Part shown: piece by piece, positions 1 to 10,058 of the stretch | Position numbering within the stretch: position 1 is the first letter of the stretch | Layout: every line of letters begins with the position of its first letter | Assembly (NCBI GenBank): GCA_964364285.1 | Contig: CAYIKZ010000002.1 | Location: 3,800-67,799, forward strand | DNA from: an uncultured Candidatus Saccharibacteria bacterium | Lineage (GTDB): Bacteria > Patescibacteriota > Doudnabacteria > UBA920 > VMFF01 | Direction: 5' to 3' | Length of the DNA stretch: 64,000 nt | The notes under the pieces: model-generated | The model's input: the letters and a program-made list of their open reading frames with translations, nothing else | What the model was told of the DNA's origin: nothing | The model's database searches: none | Made by a program: the position numbers and the translations under genes

Positions 1-1
1 C

Positions 2-304
2 TTTGAATTGTATTTAAATGATAATGGTGTTTACCCTCAATACGGAACAGCAGGAACAGAATATGATTTAAGCACAGCAATGGCAAATGCAAACCCTGCT
101 CCTTTGGTTCCAGGATATGTTAGTCAAGTACCAACAGACCCTGCACTTGCTGCACAAAATCATCCGTATAGATATGTTACAGATGCAGGGGGAAGAAACT
201 TTGGTTTAGGAATATATTTTGAAGGGGACAATGCATATTGTAAGTATCGCAGTGCTGGTGGACTTGTAACTTGGTTTTCTAGCGCACCTGACTGTGTTAG
301 ATAA
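2..304 (+). CDS. Type II secretion/type IV pilin-like (GspG-like) protein, C-terminal part (5' end lies before the window)
   Basis: Frame open from base 2 (FELYLNDNGVYP...). The LELYxNDNGxYP, LVPxYxSxVPxDP and YxYxxD segments plus a C-terminal Cys pair are typical of GspG-like pilins. The N-terminal methylation motif is not visible. Confidence 0.65.
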   Translation, partial: FELYLNDNGVYPQYGTAGTEYDLSTAMANANPAPLVPGYVSQVPTDPALAAQNHPYRYVTDAGGRNFGLGIYFEGDNAYCKYRSAGGLVTWFSSAPDCVR

Positions 305-305
305 C

Positions 306-333
306 AAAAGCACCGTAGCTAACGGTGCTTTTT
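306..333. terminator. Intrinsic terminator hairpin after the pilin-like gene (possibly bidirectional)
   Basis: AAAAGCACCGT-agcta-ACGGTGCTTTT inverted repeat. Confidence 0.7.
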
Positions 334-379
334 AAAATACTACTTATCAAATTTTGGAAAGTGTGAGTATCAATAATTT

Positions 380-1207
380 TTAATCGTTGTTTTCCGCTTT
401 GTTAGTGCTTTGATCACTTTGGTCTGAGGAGTTTGAACCTTGAGTATTTTCTTTTTCATCTGTCTCCTGTAACTCCTTGGTTTCTTCTGCTTCTTCTGCT
501 TCCTCTACCTCTTCAGCTTCTTGTTCTTCTTTTTGCTCAAGCTCTTCTTTTTTCTGATCATCTTCACTCATTTCTTCTTCTATGTTTTCCTGTTCGTTTT
601 GAAGAGAATCTTCAAGCTGATCCTTTTTCTGTTCAAGCGTGTCAATCTGTCCATCAATATCCTTAAGCTGTGCTTCCAATATCGCTATCTGTGTTGTGTT
701 TCCGATGCGACGTGCCTCTGTAAGAAGATTTGTCTTGATTTCTTTACGTTGTGCTTTTAGTTGGTCTTTCGCTGCTTTAAAAGTTTCCTCCAAAATTTTG
801 TCTCGCAAGTCAAACTCATCGTTCAATGTTTTGGCAAGAGCTGATACATCTTTGCCAGATGTTTTTTCTTCATTAACTATTTCTGCGGCATATGCCACAT
901 TAGCTTTAAGAAGCGACTCAGCTATTGCAAGCCCCTTAGCATTAACACCTTTTTTCTCAACCATTATCTTAATTTCCGCAATTCGCTCTCCTGCAAATTC
1001 AATTTGCAATTTAGCTTTTGCCTCGGGATTAAAGGTAAAGAATTGACGAAGATTTTCGCCTAAACGATCAAGGAAATAGAAAGGGCTTGCCGGAGTTAGA
1101 CCTGCTGACGGAAGCGTGACTTGTGTGTTTTGTGCAAAAGCAGTTCCCGTTACTGTTGCAAACAAGGTCACTAGTGCGAAGATGCTAGATACGAATATTT
1201 TTTTCAT
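380..1207 (-). CDS. Secreted DUF5667-type coiled-coil protein with acidic tail
   Basis: Signal peptide; AGLTPASPFYFLDRLGE...AKLQIEFAGERIAE resembles DUF5667; E/D-rich low-complexity C-terminus. Confidence 0.7.
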   Translation of the reverse strand: MKKIFVSSIFALVTLFATVTGTAFAQNTQVTLPSAGLTPASPFYFLDRLGENLRQFFTFNPEAKAKLQIEFAGERIAEIKIMVEKKGVNAKGLAIAESLLKANVAYAAEIVNEEKTSGKDVSALAKTLNDEFDLRDKILEETFKAAKDQLKAQRKEIKTNLLTEARRIGNTTQIAILEAQLKDIDGQIDTLEQKKDQLEDSLQNEQENIEEEMSEDDQKKEELEQKEEQEAEEVEEAEEAEETKELQETDEKENTQGSNSSDQSDQSTNKAENND

Positions 1208-1297
1208 AGATATTTTGTTAGATTATTAAATTATTTAATACTTGCTGTATTAGTATAGCATAATAGCTCTGCCGTTATGGATATAGTTGAGCCTATT

Positions 1298-1360
1298 TTG
1301 TTTTTCAAGCGCACCAGATTGTGTTAGATAACTAAAATACCGCAAACGTGGCATTTTAGA
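1298..1360 (+). repeat. Degenerate direct repeat of the pilin-gene 3' end plus terminator (copy of about 271-340)
   Basis: 1302-1331 TTT TCA AGC GCA CCA GAT TGT GTT AGA TAA encodes FSSAPDCVR*, identical in protein to 275-304 (TTT TCT AGC GCA CCT GAC TGT GTT AGA TAA); a hairpin follows in both copies. Confidence 0.85.
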
Positions 1361-1378
1361 AAATATTTTATTATAGTT

Positions 1379-1615
1379 TTAATTTTTTATGCCGAAGAAA
1401 ATATATTCCTTATTGCAAGACGATTCAATGTAATCAATTTGTTCTTGAAGGGCAATCAGATCAGATCTCAATTCTGGAACAATCAAAGTTGGTAAAGCAT
1501 CCACTGAGTTATGAATACAGGTAAGTTTTCGATCCATTTTACCTATTTGCCATTGCAATGCGAACAAAAAAACTATTCCAAAAAATATCCAAGTGTAAAT
1601 GTGTGATTTTTGCAT
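1379..1615 (-). CDS. Small hypothetical membrane-anchored protein
   Basis: 78 aa ORF with an N-terminal hydrophobic helix, co-oriented with its neighbours. Confidence 0.5.
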   Translation of the reverse strand: MQKSHIYTWIFFGIVFLFALQWQIGKMDRKLTCIHNSVDALPTLIVPELRSDLIALQEQIDYIESSCNKEYIFFGIKN

Positions 1616-1630
1616 GTCGGATTTATTAAA

Positions 1631-2194
1631 TTATGTTTTTAAATTGTCGACCTTTGCTCGTAATTCATCGTCTAATAGTGAATATATTTCAGGTGCAATT
1701 TTCTCTTTAGAGGGGAGTATTTTCAAAAATTCATTTTGCAATATTTCTTTTACATCTTTATCTAAAAGATTATTCCAATAAATCACTGGTTGGATTAGCG
1801 CCATCGTTGCCATTGCTCTTCTTTCTTCATTGGCATTTTGTAAAGTTCGCAAAGCATCGTTAATTAATTTTCGCAACCAAGCTTCTTTTCCTTCGCTCGG
1901 ATGTTCTTGGCAAACTACATATTCCACCAACGCCTCAACTGAATCAGGATCATTCATTAATAGAAATGGTGCAAGCTCCGACCAGACAAAGGGTTCTTGT
2001 TTCGGGATACCGGCTGCTATATATCGAGTCGATAGTGCGCCATAGAGACCAGCCAGGTGAGGCGTTGTGTCGCCATTTAACGGAATCTTTCCTTGTTGTG
2101 CTGCAAGAAGATGTTTTTTGTATGAAGCGCGCATCGATTCCCTCGTTGCGTCGGCACTCCCTAGATGATTTAAAACTTCATTTAGTAAGCTCAT
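1631..2194 (-). CDS. Hypothetical protein
   Basis: 187 aa ATG-started ORF; no recognised motif. Confidence 0.6.
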   Translation of the reverse strand: MSLLNEVLNHLGSADATRESMRASYKKHLLAAQQGKIPLNGDTTPHLAGLYGALSTRYIAAGIPKQEPFVWSELAPFLLMNDPDSVEALVEYVVCQEHPSEGKEAWLRKLINDALRTLQNANEERRAMATMALIQPVIYWNNLLDKDVKEILQNEFLKILPSKEKIAPEIYSLLDDELRAKVDNLKT

Positions 2195-2266
2195 ATGATC
2201 AAAATTTTCTTTCCCTTGTTAATACTAATTAGCCATTGAGATAGATAGATCGATGTTTTTCTTTTT

Positions 2267-2353
2267 TGGTGCCCTGGGTGGGACTTGAACCCACACGGGA
2301 TTACTCCCATACGTACCTGAAACGTACGCGTATGCCAATTCCGCCACCAGGGC
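2267..2353 (-). tRNA. tRNA-Leu(CAG)
   Basis: Reverse complement GCCCTGGTGGCGGAATTGGCATACGCG TACGT-TTCAGGT-ACGTA, long variable arm, GTTCAAGTC T-loop, encoded CCA. Confidence 0.95.
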
Positions 2354-2359
2354 AGGAAA

Positions 2360-4120
2360 CTATTTCAGATCTCTACCGGTTTCTAAATACCAGTGATTTA
2401 CATCATAGAAGCGATCTTCTGGATTTGCAAGCACCTTGATGTTAATCCCTTTTACATCAGGGCGCATCTCATAAACAAAAACGCTTTGGTCCAGGATTAT
2501 TGCAGGCAGGTCGTATGAGAAAATATCCTGAAACTGTTTGTAGAAACCATCTCTAGTTGAACCATTAAAAGTTGTTCTTGCATCAGCAATAATCTTGTCG
2601 ATTGTTAAGTTCTTGTATTGAGCAAGATTAACTCCAGGGTTGTTACTCTGAGATGAGTGCCAGAATATAAATGGGTCTGGGTCGTAGCCACTGCTTTCTG
2701 CAAAGAGTAAAGCTTCAAAATTTCTTGTACGCAAGTGATTTTTCTCAAACTCTGCGCTTGCAACAACATTAACATTAATATTCAACCCTATCTTAGACCA
2801 TTGCTCTTTCAAAGCCTCGGCACTTTTAACATTCAAAGAAAAGTCATTTGTAGTGATTGTAAATTGCAATGCATCTTTTCCTCTAAAGCGCATTCCAGAA
2901 GAATCTTTTTTCCAACCGTCTTTTTCCAAGATTGCATTTGCTGCTTCCAAGTCAAAAGAGTTTTTCTGAGTAACACTTTGATCATAACCAATCTGTCCAG
3001 GAAGAATCGGTGTGTACGCGGGCAGTGCCATTCCTGCATATACATCCTTGATGAAAGATTCTCGGTTGATGCTCTTTGCAAGCGCTTCTCTAACAGCGTG
3101 ACTTCCCAAAGCTTTGTTTTTGCTAAGGTTAAAGAACAACGCTTGATACTGGTTTACAGGGATTTGTAAGATATTTAACTTTGTATTCTTTGGGTCAACA
3201 AAAATCTTCTTGTCAAAAGGAATGAAGCCGATTGAATCAACCTCCTTAGTGTGTAGTCCTGAAATCATGTCTTGGTTGGTTTGGTAGAACTTAAGAGATA
3301 CTTCGTCTATATATGCTTTGCCGTTTGCATAATTAGAATATGACTCTAAGAGAATAGATCTAACAGTTCCGTTTGGTAATTTGTTAATTTCTTTAACAAA
3401 ATATGGACCATTGCCAACAGGTTCTAGATTGTATTTAGCAATGTAGAAGTTTTGAGGGGGGACATTTTGCCAAATGTGTTTTGGAAGAATTCCAAGAGTT
3501 AAGTTAGTAACAAAAGGAGCGGAAACATTCTTATTTGTAAACTTAATAGTTAAGTTATCAATCTTTTCTGCAACAATGCTGTTCCAAAGTGCATGTACTG
3601 GGCTCTTGTAATCAGGGTTCTGGATTGTTTGAATGGTAAAAATAACGTCATCTGCAGTAATTGAATGTCCGTCATGCCATTTTAAATTTGGTTTTAAAGA
3701 AATGGTGTATTGTTTCTGGTCATCAGAAAGCTTAAAGTTTTCAGTGGCTAAATCAGGAACAATATTTCCTTGATTGTCATACTTGTATAGTCCTGAAAAA
3801 ACAAGCCTTGTTAAATCTTTGTCAGTTTGAGTTTGAGCAAGTAGGGGATTAATAAAGCGTGGTTCTCCAACCATACCTTCACTGTAACTACCACCATTTG
3901 CAGGTACAACAACAGTGTTTGCAGAATATAAACCAATGCTTAACAACAACACATCTATGATTATTAAAGCAAGGAGGGAAAAGATCCAAATCTTTTCTTT
4001 TTTGCCAAACATCTTAAAGATAGGGGTAAGATGCTTAAACTTAAAAGAACGCAGATTTCTAATCCCGCGTCCAGTTCTCTTAAGTTCAGTTATTGAGTTT
4101 TCTAACAACATTTTTTCCAA
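2360..4120 (-). CDS. Peptide/oligopeptide ABC transporter substrate-binding protein (family 5)
   Basis: N-terminal TM anchor; PRFINPLL, FSGLYKYD, LKWHDG-ITADDVIFT and PVGNGPY motifs. Start may be the ATG at 4111. Confidence 0.9.
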   Translation of the reverse strand: MEKMLLENSITELKRTGRGIRNLRSFKFKHLTPIFKMFGKKEKIWIFSLLALIIIDVLLLSIGLYSANTVVVPANGGSYSEGMVGEPRFINPLLAQTQTDKDLTRLVFSGLYKYDNQGNIVPDLATENFKLSDDQKQYTISLKPNLKWHDGHSITADDVIFTIQTIQNPDYKSPVHALWNSIVAEKIDNLTIKFTNKNVSAPFVTNLTLGILPKHIWQNVPPQNFYIAKYNLEPVGNGPYFVKEINKLPNGTVRSILLESYSNYANGKAYIDEVSLKFYQTNQDMISGLHTKEVDSIGFIPFDKKIFVDPKNTKLNILQIPVNQYQALFFNLSKNKALGSHAVREALAKSINRESFIKDVYAGMALPAYTPILPGQIGYDQSVTQKNSFDLEAANAILEKDGWKKDSSGMRFRGKDALQFTITTNDFSLNVKSAEALKEQWSKIGLNINVNVVASAEFEKNHLRTRNFEALLFAESSGYDPDPFIFWHSSQSNNPGVNLAQYKNLTIDKIIADARTTFNGSTRDGFYKQFQDIFSYDLPAIILDQSVFVYEMRPDVKGINIKVLANPEDRFYDVNHWYLETGRDLK

Positions 4121-4122
4121 TG

Positions 4123-4353
4123 CTATTTTTTAACTAAGACAACTGCTAATCCTAATCCCACAAAGGCAATTGCTAATATGATAGTAAAGTAGAAAAGCCA
4201 CTTTTCAAACCCACGTTTTGTTCTGTAAATCGCATCCCCACCACCAAACACACCAGATAGCCCAACCCCTTTGCTTTGGGAAAGGATTACAGCAGTAAGG
4301 ATAACCCCAACCGCTATTTGTATTAAGCTTAGTATTTTTTGTAAATTAGTCAT
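4123..4353 (-). CDS. secG: Preprotein translocase subunit SecG
   Basis: Two TM helices with ILSQSKGVGLSGVFGG and RTKRGFEK. Confidence 0.92.
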   Translation of the reverse strand: MTNLQKILSLIQIAVGVILTAVILSQSKGVGLSGVFGGGDAIYRTKRGFEKWLFYFTIILAIAFVGLGLAVVLVKK

Positions 4354-4399
4354 GCGAAAAGTATATCAAATAAAGGGTTTTGCGGTCAACGATGCTTTT

Positions 4400-6178
4400 T
4401 TAGAGGTTTTCTAACAGATCCTTAGCAGTCTTTTCACCTAAGATTGAAACTAGTTCCTTTTTAGACGCTTTCTTCATACCCCCCACTGACCCAAATCTTT
4501 GAATTAAGAGCTTTTTCTTTTTTGGACCAATCCCAGGAACTTCATCAAGCACTGATTTGTATGCTTGTTTAGATCTAAGCTTCTTATGGAAGGTTATTGC
4601 AAAACGATGTGCTTCATCTCTTAACCTTTGTAGTAGCTGCAAGGCATGGTTTGATTTTGAGAGAATAATTGAATTAGATTTTCCAGGAACAAAGATTTCT
4701 TCCTCTCTTTTTGCAAGACCAATAACTGGAATTTTAAGCTTGTACAAAGAAAGCACTTTCACAGCAACACCAAGTTGTCCTTTTCCTCCATCAACAATCA
4801 AGAGGTTAGGTAGAGGCCATTTGTGTTCAGCACTGTTTTTAAATCTTCTAGTTAATGTTTCTTCCATCATTGCAAAATCATTTGGTCTCCCATCATTTTT
4901 TATCTTAAACTTCCTGTACTCTGATTTTTTAGCTTTTCCACCTTCAAAGACAACCATGCTCGCAACTGAGTTTGTTCCTTGGATATTTGAAATATCAAAA
5001 CATTCAATACGGAATGGAGTTTCAGAAAGCTTCAAAACTTTCTTTAGTTCATCTAAAGCAAGTGTTGTTCTAGAAAGTTCAGTTGCTTGACTGGTTGCCC
5101 ATGACTCAAAATACTCTTGGGCATTTTCAATTCCCATCTTGATAACCTCGGCTTTTTTTCCAATCCTTGGCTTTGTAATCTTAATCTTTCTCCCTGAATT
5201 TAAAGTCATAACCTTAGTCAAAGCAGAAAGCTCCTTTGGTATTTGCTGGACAAAGATTTCCTTAGGAAGATTTGTTGCTTGAGAATAATAGTTTTCTAAG
5301 AAAGCAGAGAATATTTCTTCTTCAGCTTTGTTTTCAGTGTTTTCTAAAATGAAATTTTTTCGGTCATTTAACTTCCCATTTCGTATCACAAAAACATTAA
5401 TAGTTGCTTTGTCGGTACTTTGAAAACACGAAACAAAATCCCACGAAACCTTTTGGGTGAAAATGACTTTTTGACGTTCTTCAATAATGAGGAGAGATTG
5501 CAATTGATTCCTAAGCTCTGCCGCTCTTTCAAATTGCTTAGTTTTAGAAGCTTTGAGCATTTGTGCTTGAATTTCTTTTTTAATTTCAGAAATATGTCCG
5601 CCTAAGAACAAGACAATCTTTTGAATTGTTTTTTCGTATTCTGAAAGAGATATCTTTCCAACGCAAACACCAGGACATTGATGGAGGAAGTAATAGAAGC
5701 AGGGGCGATTTGAAACCTTCTTATTTGCACAATATGGGAAAACTCTTCTTAAGATATTAAGAGTCTCCTTTATTTTCATAGCAGAGGAATATGGTCCAAA
5801 ATACTTCGCGTTTTTAGAATCCGGATTTCTTACTGAATATATCTGCGGAATTTCAGTTTCATAGTCAATTTTAATATATGCATAGTTCTTGTCATCTCGA
5901 AGCATGACATTGTACTTTGGTTGATGCTTTTTGATCAGTGTGTTTTCAAGCATCAAAGACTCAAGCTCATTGTCTGTAATGATGTAATCAAAATCAACCG
6001 CATCATTAACCAAAAAAGGTATTTGTGGGCGGTTATCGTGCCCATCAAAATATTGTCCAACTCTTGATTTCAGGTTTAGAGCCTTTCCAATATATATGAC
6101 AGCACCTTGTTTGTTCTTAAACAGGTAAACCCCTGTTTTCTTGGGCGTATTTCGTAATTTAACCTTGACCTTGTCCAT
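4400..6178 (-). CDS. uvrC: Excinuclease ABC subunit C
   Basis: GIY-YIG (GVYLFK...IYIGKA), RIECFDIS, DGGKGQL, RDEAHRFA and HhH (PGIGPKK). True start is probably MDKVKVK at 6178 rather than 6340. Confidence 0.96.
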   Translation of the reverse strand: MDKVKVKLRNTPKKTGVYLFKNKQGAVIYIGKALNLKSRVGQYFDGHDNRPQIPFLVNDAVDFDYIITDNELESLMLENTLIKKHQPKYNVMLRDDKNYAYIKIDYETEIPQIYSVRNPDSKNAKYFGPYSSAMKIKETLNILRRVFPYCANKKVSNRPCFYYFLHQCPGVCVGKISLSEYEKTIQKIVLFLGGHISEIKKEIQAQMLKASKTKQFERAAELRNQLQSLLIIEERQKVIFTQKVSWDFVSCFQSTDKATINVFVIRNGKLNDRKNFILENTENKAEEEIFSAFLENYYSQATNLPKEIFVQQIPKELSALTKVMTLNSGRKIKITKPRIGKKAEVIKMGIENAQEYFESWATSQATELSRTTLALDELKKVLKLSETPFRIECFDISNIQGTNSVASMVVFEGGKAKKSEYRKFKIKNDGRPNDFAMMEETLTRRFKNSAEHKWPLPNLLIVDGGKGQLGVAVKVLSLYKLKIPVIGLAKREEEIFVPGKSNSIILSKSNHALQLLQRLRDEAHRFAITFHKKLRSKQAYKSVLDEVPGIGPKKKKLLIQRFGSVGGMKKASKKELVSILGEKTAKDLLENL

Positions 6179-6254
6179 ATCGCTATTATATAGTATATTT
6201 TTTAGCTGTGTCCTAGCAGTATTCCCATGGGTCTCTTCCTCAGGAGGACCAAGC

Positions 6255-6752
6255 ATGCCAAACAGCAATGGGGCTGAGACTCTGGTTCGAGTGACTGAGA
6301 AGTATAATAGTCTTCTCGAAACTCTCGATCGGGAGATCAACAGCGCCCGACAGCTGGATGGTTTCAGGCTCTACTCGATGTACACCGGGCAGATGGAGTT
6401 CGTTGTCAGAGAGGTGGGAGTGCTTCGGTCATACCACACTGACGACGATAAGATTGTCCGTTATTGGTGGGCGATCAAGCAGCTTACCACGCTTTTGCAC
6501 AAGCTGGAGGCTGCTCAGCTCAAATTCTTGAAGGACCGGGCGCATATTTTGCCGCAGAAGTTTTTCCGTTTCCGGCGTCGCGTTCTGCAAGACTCTGGAC
6601 ACTCGCATCTGATACAGCTGACAAAGGAGTGCGCACACTGGGTGCACATCTTCGCCCGTGCTGCGAACAGCCCCAATGCAACAGTGTATAGGCTCCGACC
6701 GCAGCTGGTTGGAATCCTGACACGGATGCAAGATATACAAACCAGACTTTAG
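6255..6752 (+). CDS. Hypothetical helical protein, GC-rich patch
   Basis: AGGAGG SD upstream of ATG 6255; 165 aa; codon usage visibly more GC-rich than the flanking genes. Confidence 0.6.
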   Translation: MPNSNGAETLVRVTEKYNSLLETLDREINSARQLDGFRLYSMYTGQMEFVVREVGVLRSYHTDDDKIVRYWWAIKQLTTLLHKLEAAQLKFLKDRAHILPQKFFRFRRRVLQDSGHSHLIQLTKECAHWVHIFARAANSPNATVYRLRPQLVGILTRMQDIQTRL

Positions 6753-6819
6753 AATAGGAGGAAATAACAGGAAGAGTTTTTCAGTTCACGTTGCGCGTAG
6801 TCCTCACACAGGAGAACCG

Positions 6820-7011
6820 ATGGCACGTATGAGAGCGTACTGGGATTCCGGATTTGACAACGCCGCTCGCCACAAGAAGAGCAAGGGAGAAGCCCGTCGT
6901 CGTCGGGAAGATCCCGACGCACAGGCGAAGCAAGTGGCGGCGCAGATCGCCACGCTTGCTCGCAAGAACGCGGTTGGATCCCGTTCCTCGCTGCTGCACA
7001 TCAAGCAGTGA
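6820..7011 (+). CDS. Small basic hypothetical protein, GC-rich patch
   Basis: CAGGAG SD before ATG 6820; 63 aa, R/K-rich; followed by hairpin CAGCCACCA...TGGTGGCTG. Confidence 0.5.
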   Translation: MARMRAYWDSGFDNAARHKKSKGEARRRREDPDAQAKQVAAQIATLARKNAVGSRSSLLHIKQ

Positions 7012-7139
7012 GCTTCCTGAACACAACAGCCACCACCTTGGGTAACACCAAGATGGTGGCTGGTTCATTCCTCATGGCTCCTTGACCGGAGCTTGACATC
7101 GGGTGTATACTTTTTCTTACTTTGTTTGTAATAAAAGGT

Positions 7140-9965
7140 ATGATAAAGATACGAGGTGCAAAACAGCATAATTTGAAGAATATTAACTTGGATTTACCAA
7201 GTAATAAGCTTATCGTAATGACAGGACTTTCCGGCTCAGGGAAGTCTTCTTTAGCGTTTGATACCATCTATGCGGAAGGACAGCGTAGATATGTTGAGTC
7301 GCTTTCAGCGTATGCAAGACAGTTTTTGGGGTTAATGGATAAACCTGATGTTGAAAGCATTGAAGGTCTTTCTCCAGCAATTTCAATAGATCAGAAAAGC
7401 GCATCACATAATCCTCGTTCAACAGTTGGAACTGTTACTGAAATATATGACTATCTCCGTTTACTCTATGCAAGAGTAGGTGTGCCACACTGTCCTGTTT
7501 GTGGAAAGAAAATCTCCGGACAAACAGTTAGCCAAATGATCGATCAACTTTCAAACCTCCCTCATGGATCAAAGATAATCCTGATGGCTCCGTTCATCAA
7601 AGATCAAAAAGGAGAACACAAACATGTTTTAGAGGAAGCAAAAAAAGCAGGGTATGCCAGAGTCAGAGTCGATAGTATAGTTATGGATTTAGATGAGGCT
7701 TTAAGATTAAACTTAGATAAAAAGAAGAAACACTCAATTGAAGTTGTAATTGATCGTATTACCATAGACAAGGATGAGCGTGGAAGACTTGCTGATTCTT
7801 TAGAAACAGCCTTGGAGTTAGGTGATGAAACAGCCATTGTTCAGTTAGCAGACAATTCTAGTAAAGAAATTTTACTTTCTCAGAAATTTGCATGTCCAGA
7901 AGGGCACATGAGCATGCCAGAGTTAGCACCAAGAAACTTTTCTTTCAATTCACCACACGGTGCTTGTCCTGAATGTACAGGTTTAGGAACAAAATTAGAA
8001 ATTGTTCCAGAACTAGTCATACCAAATCCAAAACTTACCTTAGCAGAGGGAGCAATTCGTCCTTGGAGCAAAACTACATCTCGTATTTCATGGTATACAA
8101 GGATTCTACAAGCAGTTGCTGATGAGTTTGGTTTTTCAATGGATGTTCCAATTTCAAAACTTCCTAAATCAGCGGTTGATATAATTCTGCATGGAACTGG
8201 AGAAAAAAAGATCTCAGTAGAACATGGGGAAGATGATTTTGAATATGATTACAACACCACATTTGAAGGTGTAATTCCAAACCTTGAACGTAGATACAGA
8301 GAAACTGATTCTGATTACATGCGCAGAGAAATTGAAAACTACATGCGTATTACTGAATGTCCTGTTTGTTTTGGAAAGAGATTAAAACCAGAGGCTCTTG
8401 CTGTGACAGTTGTAGACAAGGGAATTGTTGATGTTTCAAAAATGAGCATTGATGATGCTGAACTTTTCTTTAGAGACTTAAACAAAAAACTTTCAGAGAA
8501 AGACAAAAAGATTGCATATCAAATATTAAAAGAAATTAGCGCAAGACTTTCTTTCCTCAAAGATGTTGGTCTAAACTATTTAACACTTGATAGAAGCGCA
8601 GACACTCTTTCCGGAGGAGAAGCACAACGTATTCGCTTAGCAACACAGATTGGTTCTGGTTTAACAGGTGTTTTGTATATCTTAGATGAACCATCAATTG
8701 GTTTACACCAAAGAGACAATGACCGTTTACTAAAAACCCTTAAAGGATTAAGAGATTTAGGAAACACAGTCATTGTTGTTGAACATGATCAAGATACCAT
8801 TGAGTCATCTGATTGGGTTGTTGATATTGGACCAGGCGCAGGTAAGCATGGTGGAGAAATCATTGCAGAAGGAACACCAGCACAAATAAAGAAGAACAAG
8901 AATTCAATAACAGGGCAATATCTTTCTGGTGTTGAGAAAATAGAGGTGCCAAAAAGAAGACATCCTGGAAACGGTAAGAAACTAAGCATCATAGGAGCAG
9001 AAGAGCATAATTTAAAAAATATTAATGTTGATCTTCCTCTTGGTAAATTTGTTGTTTTAACTGGTGTTTCAGGTTCAGGTAAATCAACCTTGCTTAATGA
9101 AATTCTTGCAAAAGCTCTTTCAAACTATTTCTACAACTCAAAAGAAGCAGTTGGTAAACACAAGAAACTTCAAGGTGTTGAACACATCGACAAGGTAATA
9201 AACATAGATCAATCACCAATCGGAAGAACACCAAGATCAAACCCTGCGACATACACAGGCGTTTTCACATATATTAGAGATCTCTTTGCTGCAACTCCAG
9301 AAGCAAAAATGCGAGGTTACAAAGCTGGTAGATTCTCCTTCAATGTTAAAGGAGGTAGATGTGAGGTTTGTGGTGGTGACGGAGTTATTAAAATTGAGAT
9401 GCATTTCTTAGCTGATGTCTATGTTGCTTGTGAAGAATGTAAAGGTAAGAGATACAACAGAGAAGCTTTAGAAATACATTACAAAGAAAAAAATATCTCT
9501 GATGTTTTAGAGATGACAGTTGATGAAGCAAAGACTTTCTTCAAACATATCCCATTAATCTACAAGAAACTAGAAACACTTTCAGAAGTAGGTCTTGGTT
9601 ACATGCACCTTGGTCAGCAAGCAACAACTCTTTCTGGTGGAGAAGCACAGCGTATAAAATTGTCTGCAGAACTTTCCCGTGCATCAACAGGGAGAACACT
9701 CTACATCTTGGATGAACCAACAACAGGATTGCACTTTGCCGATGTTAAACGACTCCTTTCAGTTTTAAACAAACTTGTTGAAAAAGGAAACACAGTCGTT
9801 GTCATTGAACACAACCTTGATGTCATAAAAAGCGCGGATTGGGTTATTGACCTAGGTCCTGAAGGCGGGGACAAGGGCGGAGAATTAATAGCCGCCGGAA
9901 CCCCTGAAGATGTGTCGAAGATAAAGAGAAGTTACACAGGACAATATCTAAAAAAGATGCTTTAA
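7140..9965 (+). CDS. uvrA: Excinuclease ABC subunit A
   Basis: Two ABC ATPase modules ([14 protein letters not shown]; GVSGSGKST), LSGGEAQRI signatures and Zn fingers. Confidence 0.98.
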   Translation: MIKIRGAKQHNLKNINLDLPSNKLIVMTGLSGSGKSSLAFDTIYAEGQRRYVESLSAYARQFLGLMDKPDVESIEGLSPAISIDQKSASHNPRSTVGTVTEIYDYLRLLYARVGVPHCPVCGKKISGQTVSQMIDQLSNLPHGSKIILMAPFIKDQKGEHKHVLEEAKKAGYARVRVDSIVMDLDEALRLNLDKKKKHSIEVVIDRITIDKDERGRLADSLETALELGDETAIVQLADNSSKEILLSQKFACPEGHMSMPELAPRNFSFNSPHGACPECTGLGTKLEIVPELVIPNPKLTLAEGAIRPWSKTTSRISWYTRILQAVADEFGFSMDVPISKLPKSAVDIILHGTGEKKISVEHGEDDFEYDYNTTFEGVIPNLERRYRETDSDYMRREIENYMRITECPVCFGKRLKPEALAVTVVDKGIVDVSKMSIDDAELFFRDLNKKLSEKDKKIAYQILKEISARLSFLKDVGLNYLTLDRSADTLSGGEAQRIRLATQIGSGLTGVLYILDEPSIGLHQRDNDRLLKTLKGLRDLGNTVIVVEHDQDTIESSDWVVDIGPGAGKHGGEIIAEGTPAQIKKNKNSITGQYLSGVEKIEVPKRRHPGNGKKLSIIGAEEHNLKNINVDLPLGKFVVLTGVSGSGKSTLLNEILAKALSNYFYNSKEAVGKHKKLQGVEHIDKVINIDQSPIGRTPRSNPATYTGVFTYIRDLFAATPEAKMRGYKAGRFSFNVKGGRCEVCGGDGVIKIEMHFLADVYVACEECKGKRYNREALEIHYKEKNISDVLEMTVDEAKTFFKHIPLIYKKLETLSEVGLGYMHLGQQATTLSGGEAQRIKLSAELSRASTGRTLYILDEPTTGLHFADVKRLLSVLNKLVEKGNTVVVIEHNLDVIKSADWVIDLGPEGGDKGGELIAAGTPEDVSKIKRSYTGQYLKKML

Positions 9966-9966
9966 C

Positions 9967-9991
9967 AAAAGACCCTTAAGAAGGGTCTTTT
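9967..9991 (+). terminator. Intrinsic terminator after uvrA
   Basis: AAAAGACCCTT-aag-AAGGGTCTTTT. Confidence 0.75.
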
Positions 9992-10017
9992 TAGCACTTG
10001 ACATGTTAGACTGCTAA
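9991..10017. promoter_or_regulatory. CIRCE element 1 (HrcA operator), overlapping the TTGACA -35 box
   Basis: TTAGCACTT-N9-GACTGCTAA versus consensus TTAGCACTC-N9-GAGTGCTAA. Confidence 0.85.
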
Positions 10018-10031
10018 ATATTAAAATGTCT

Positions 10032-10058
10032 TTAGCAAACAGTAGAGGAGAGTGCTAA
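10032..10058. promoter_or_regulatory. CIRCE element 2, abutting the hrcA start codon
   Basis: TTAGCAAAC-N9-GAGTGCTAA directly before ATG 10059. Confidence 0.85.

Noticed and set aside
6179-6340. N-terminal extension of UvrC given in the ORF track (similar extensions for lepB, LCP, the ABC exporter and 25899)
   Set aside because: Extensions run through promoters, tRNAs or neighbouring genes; homology begins at downstream start codons.
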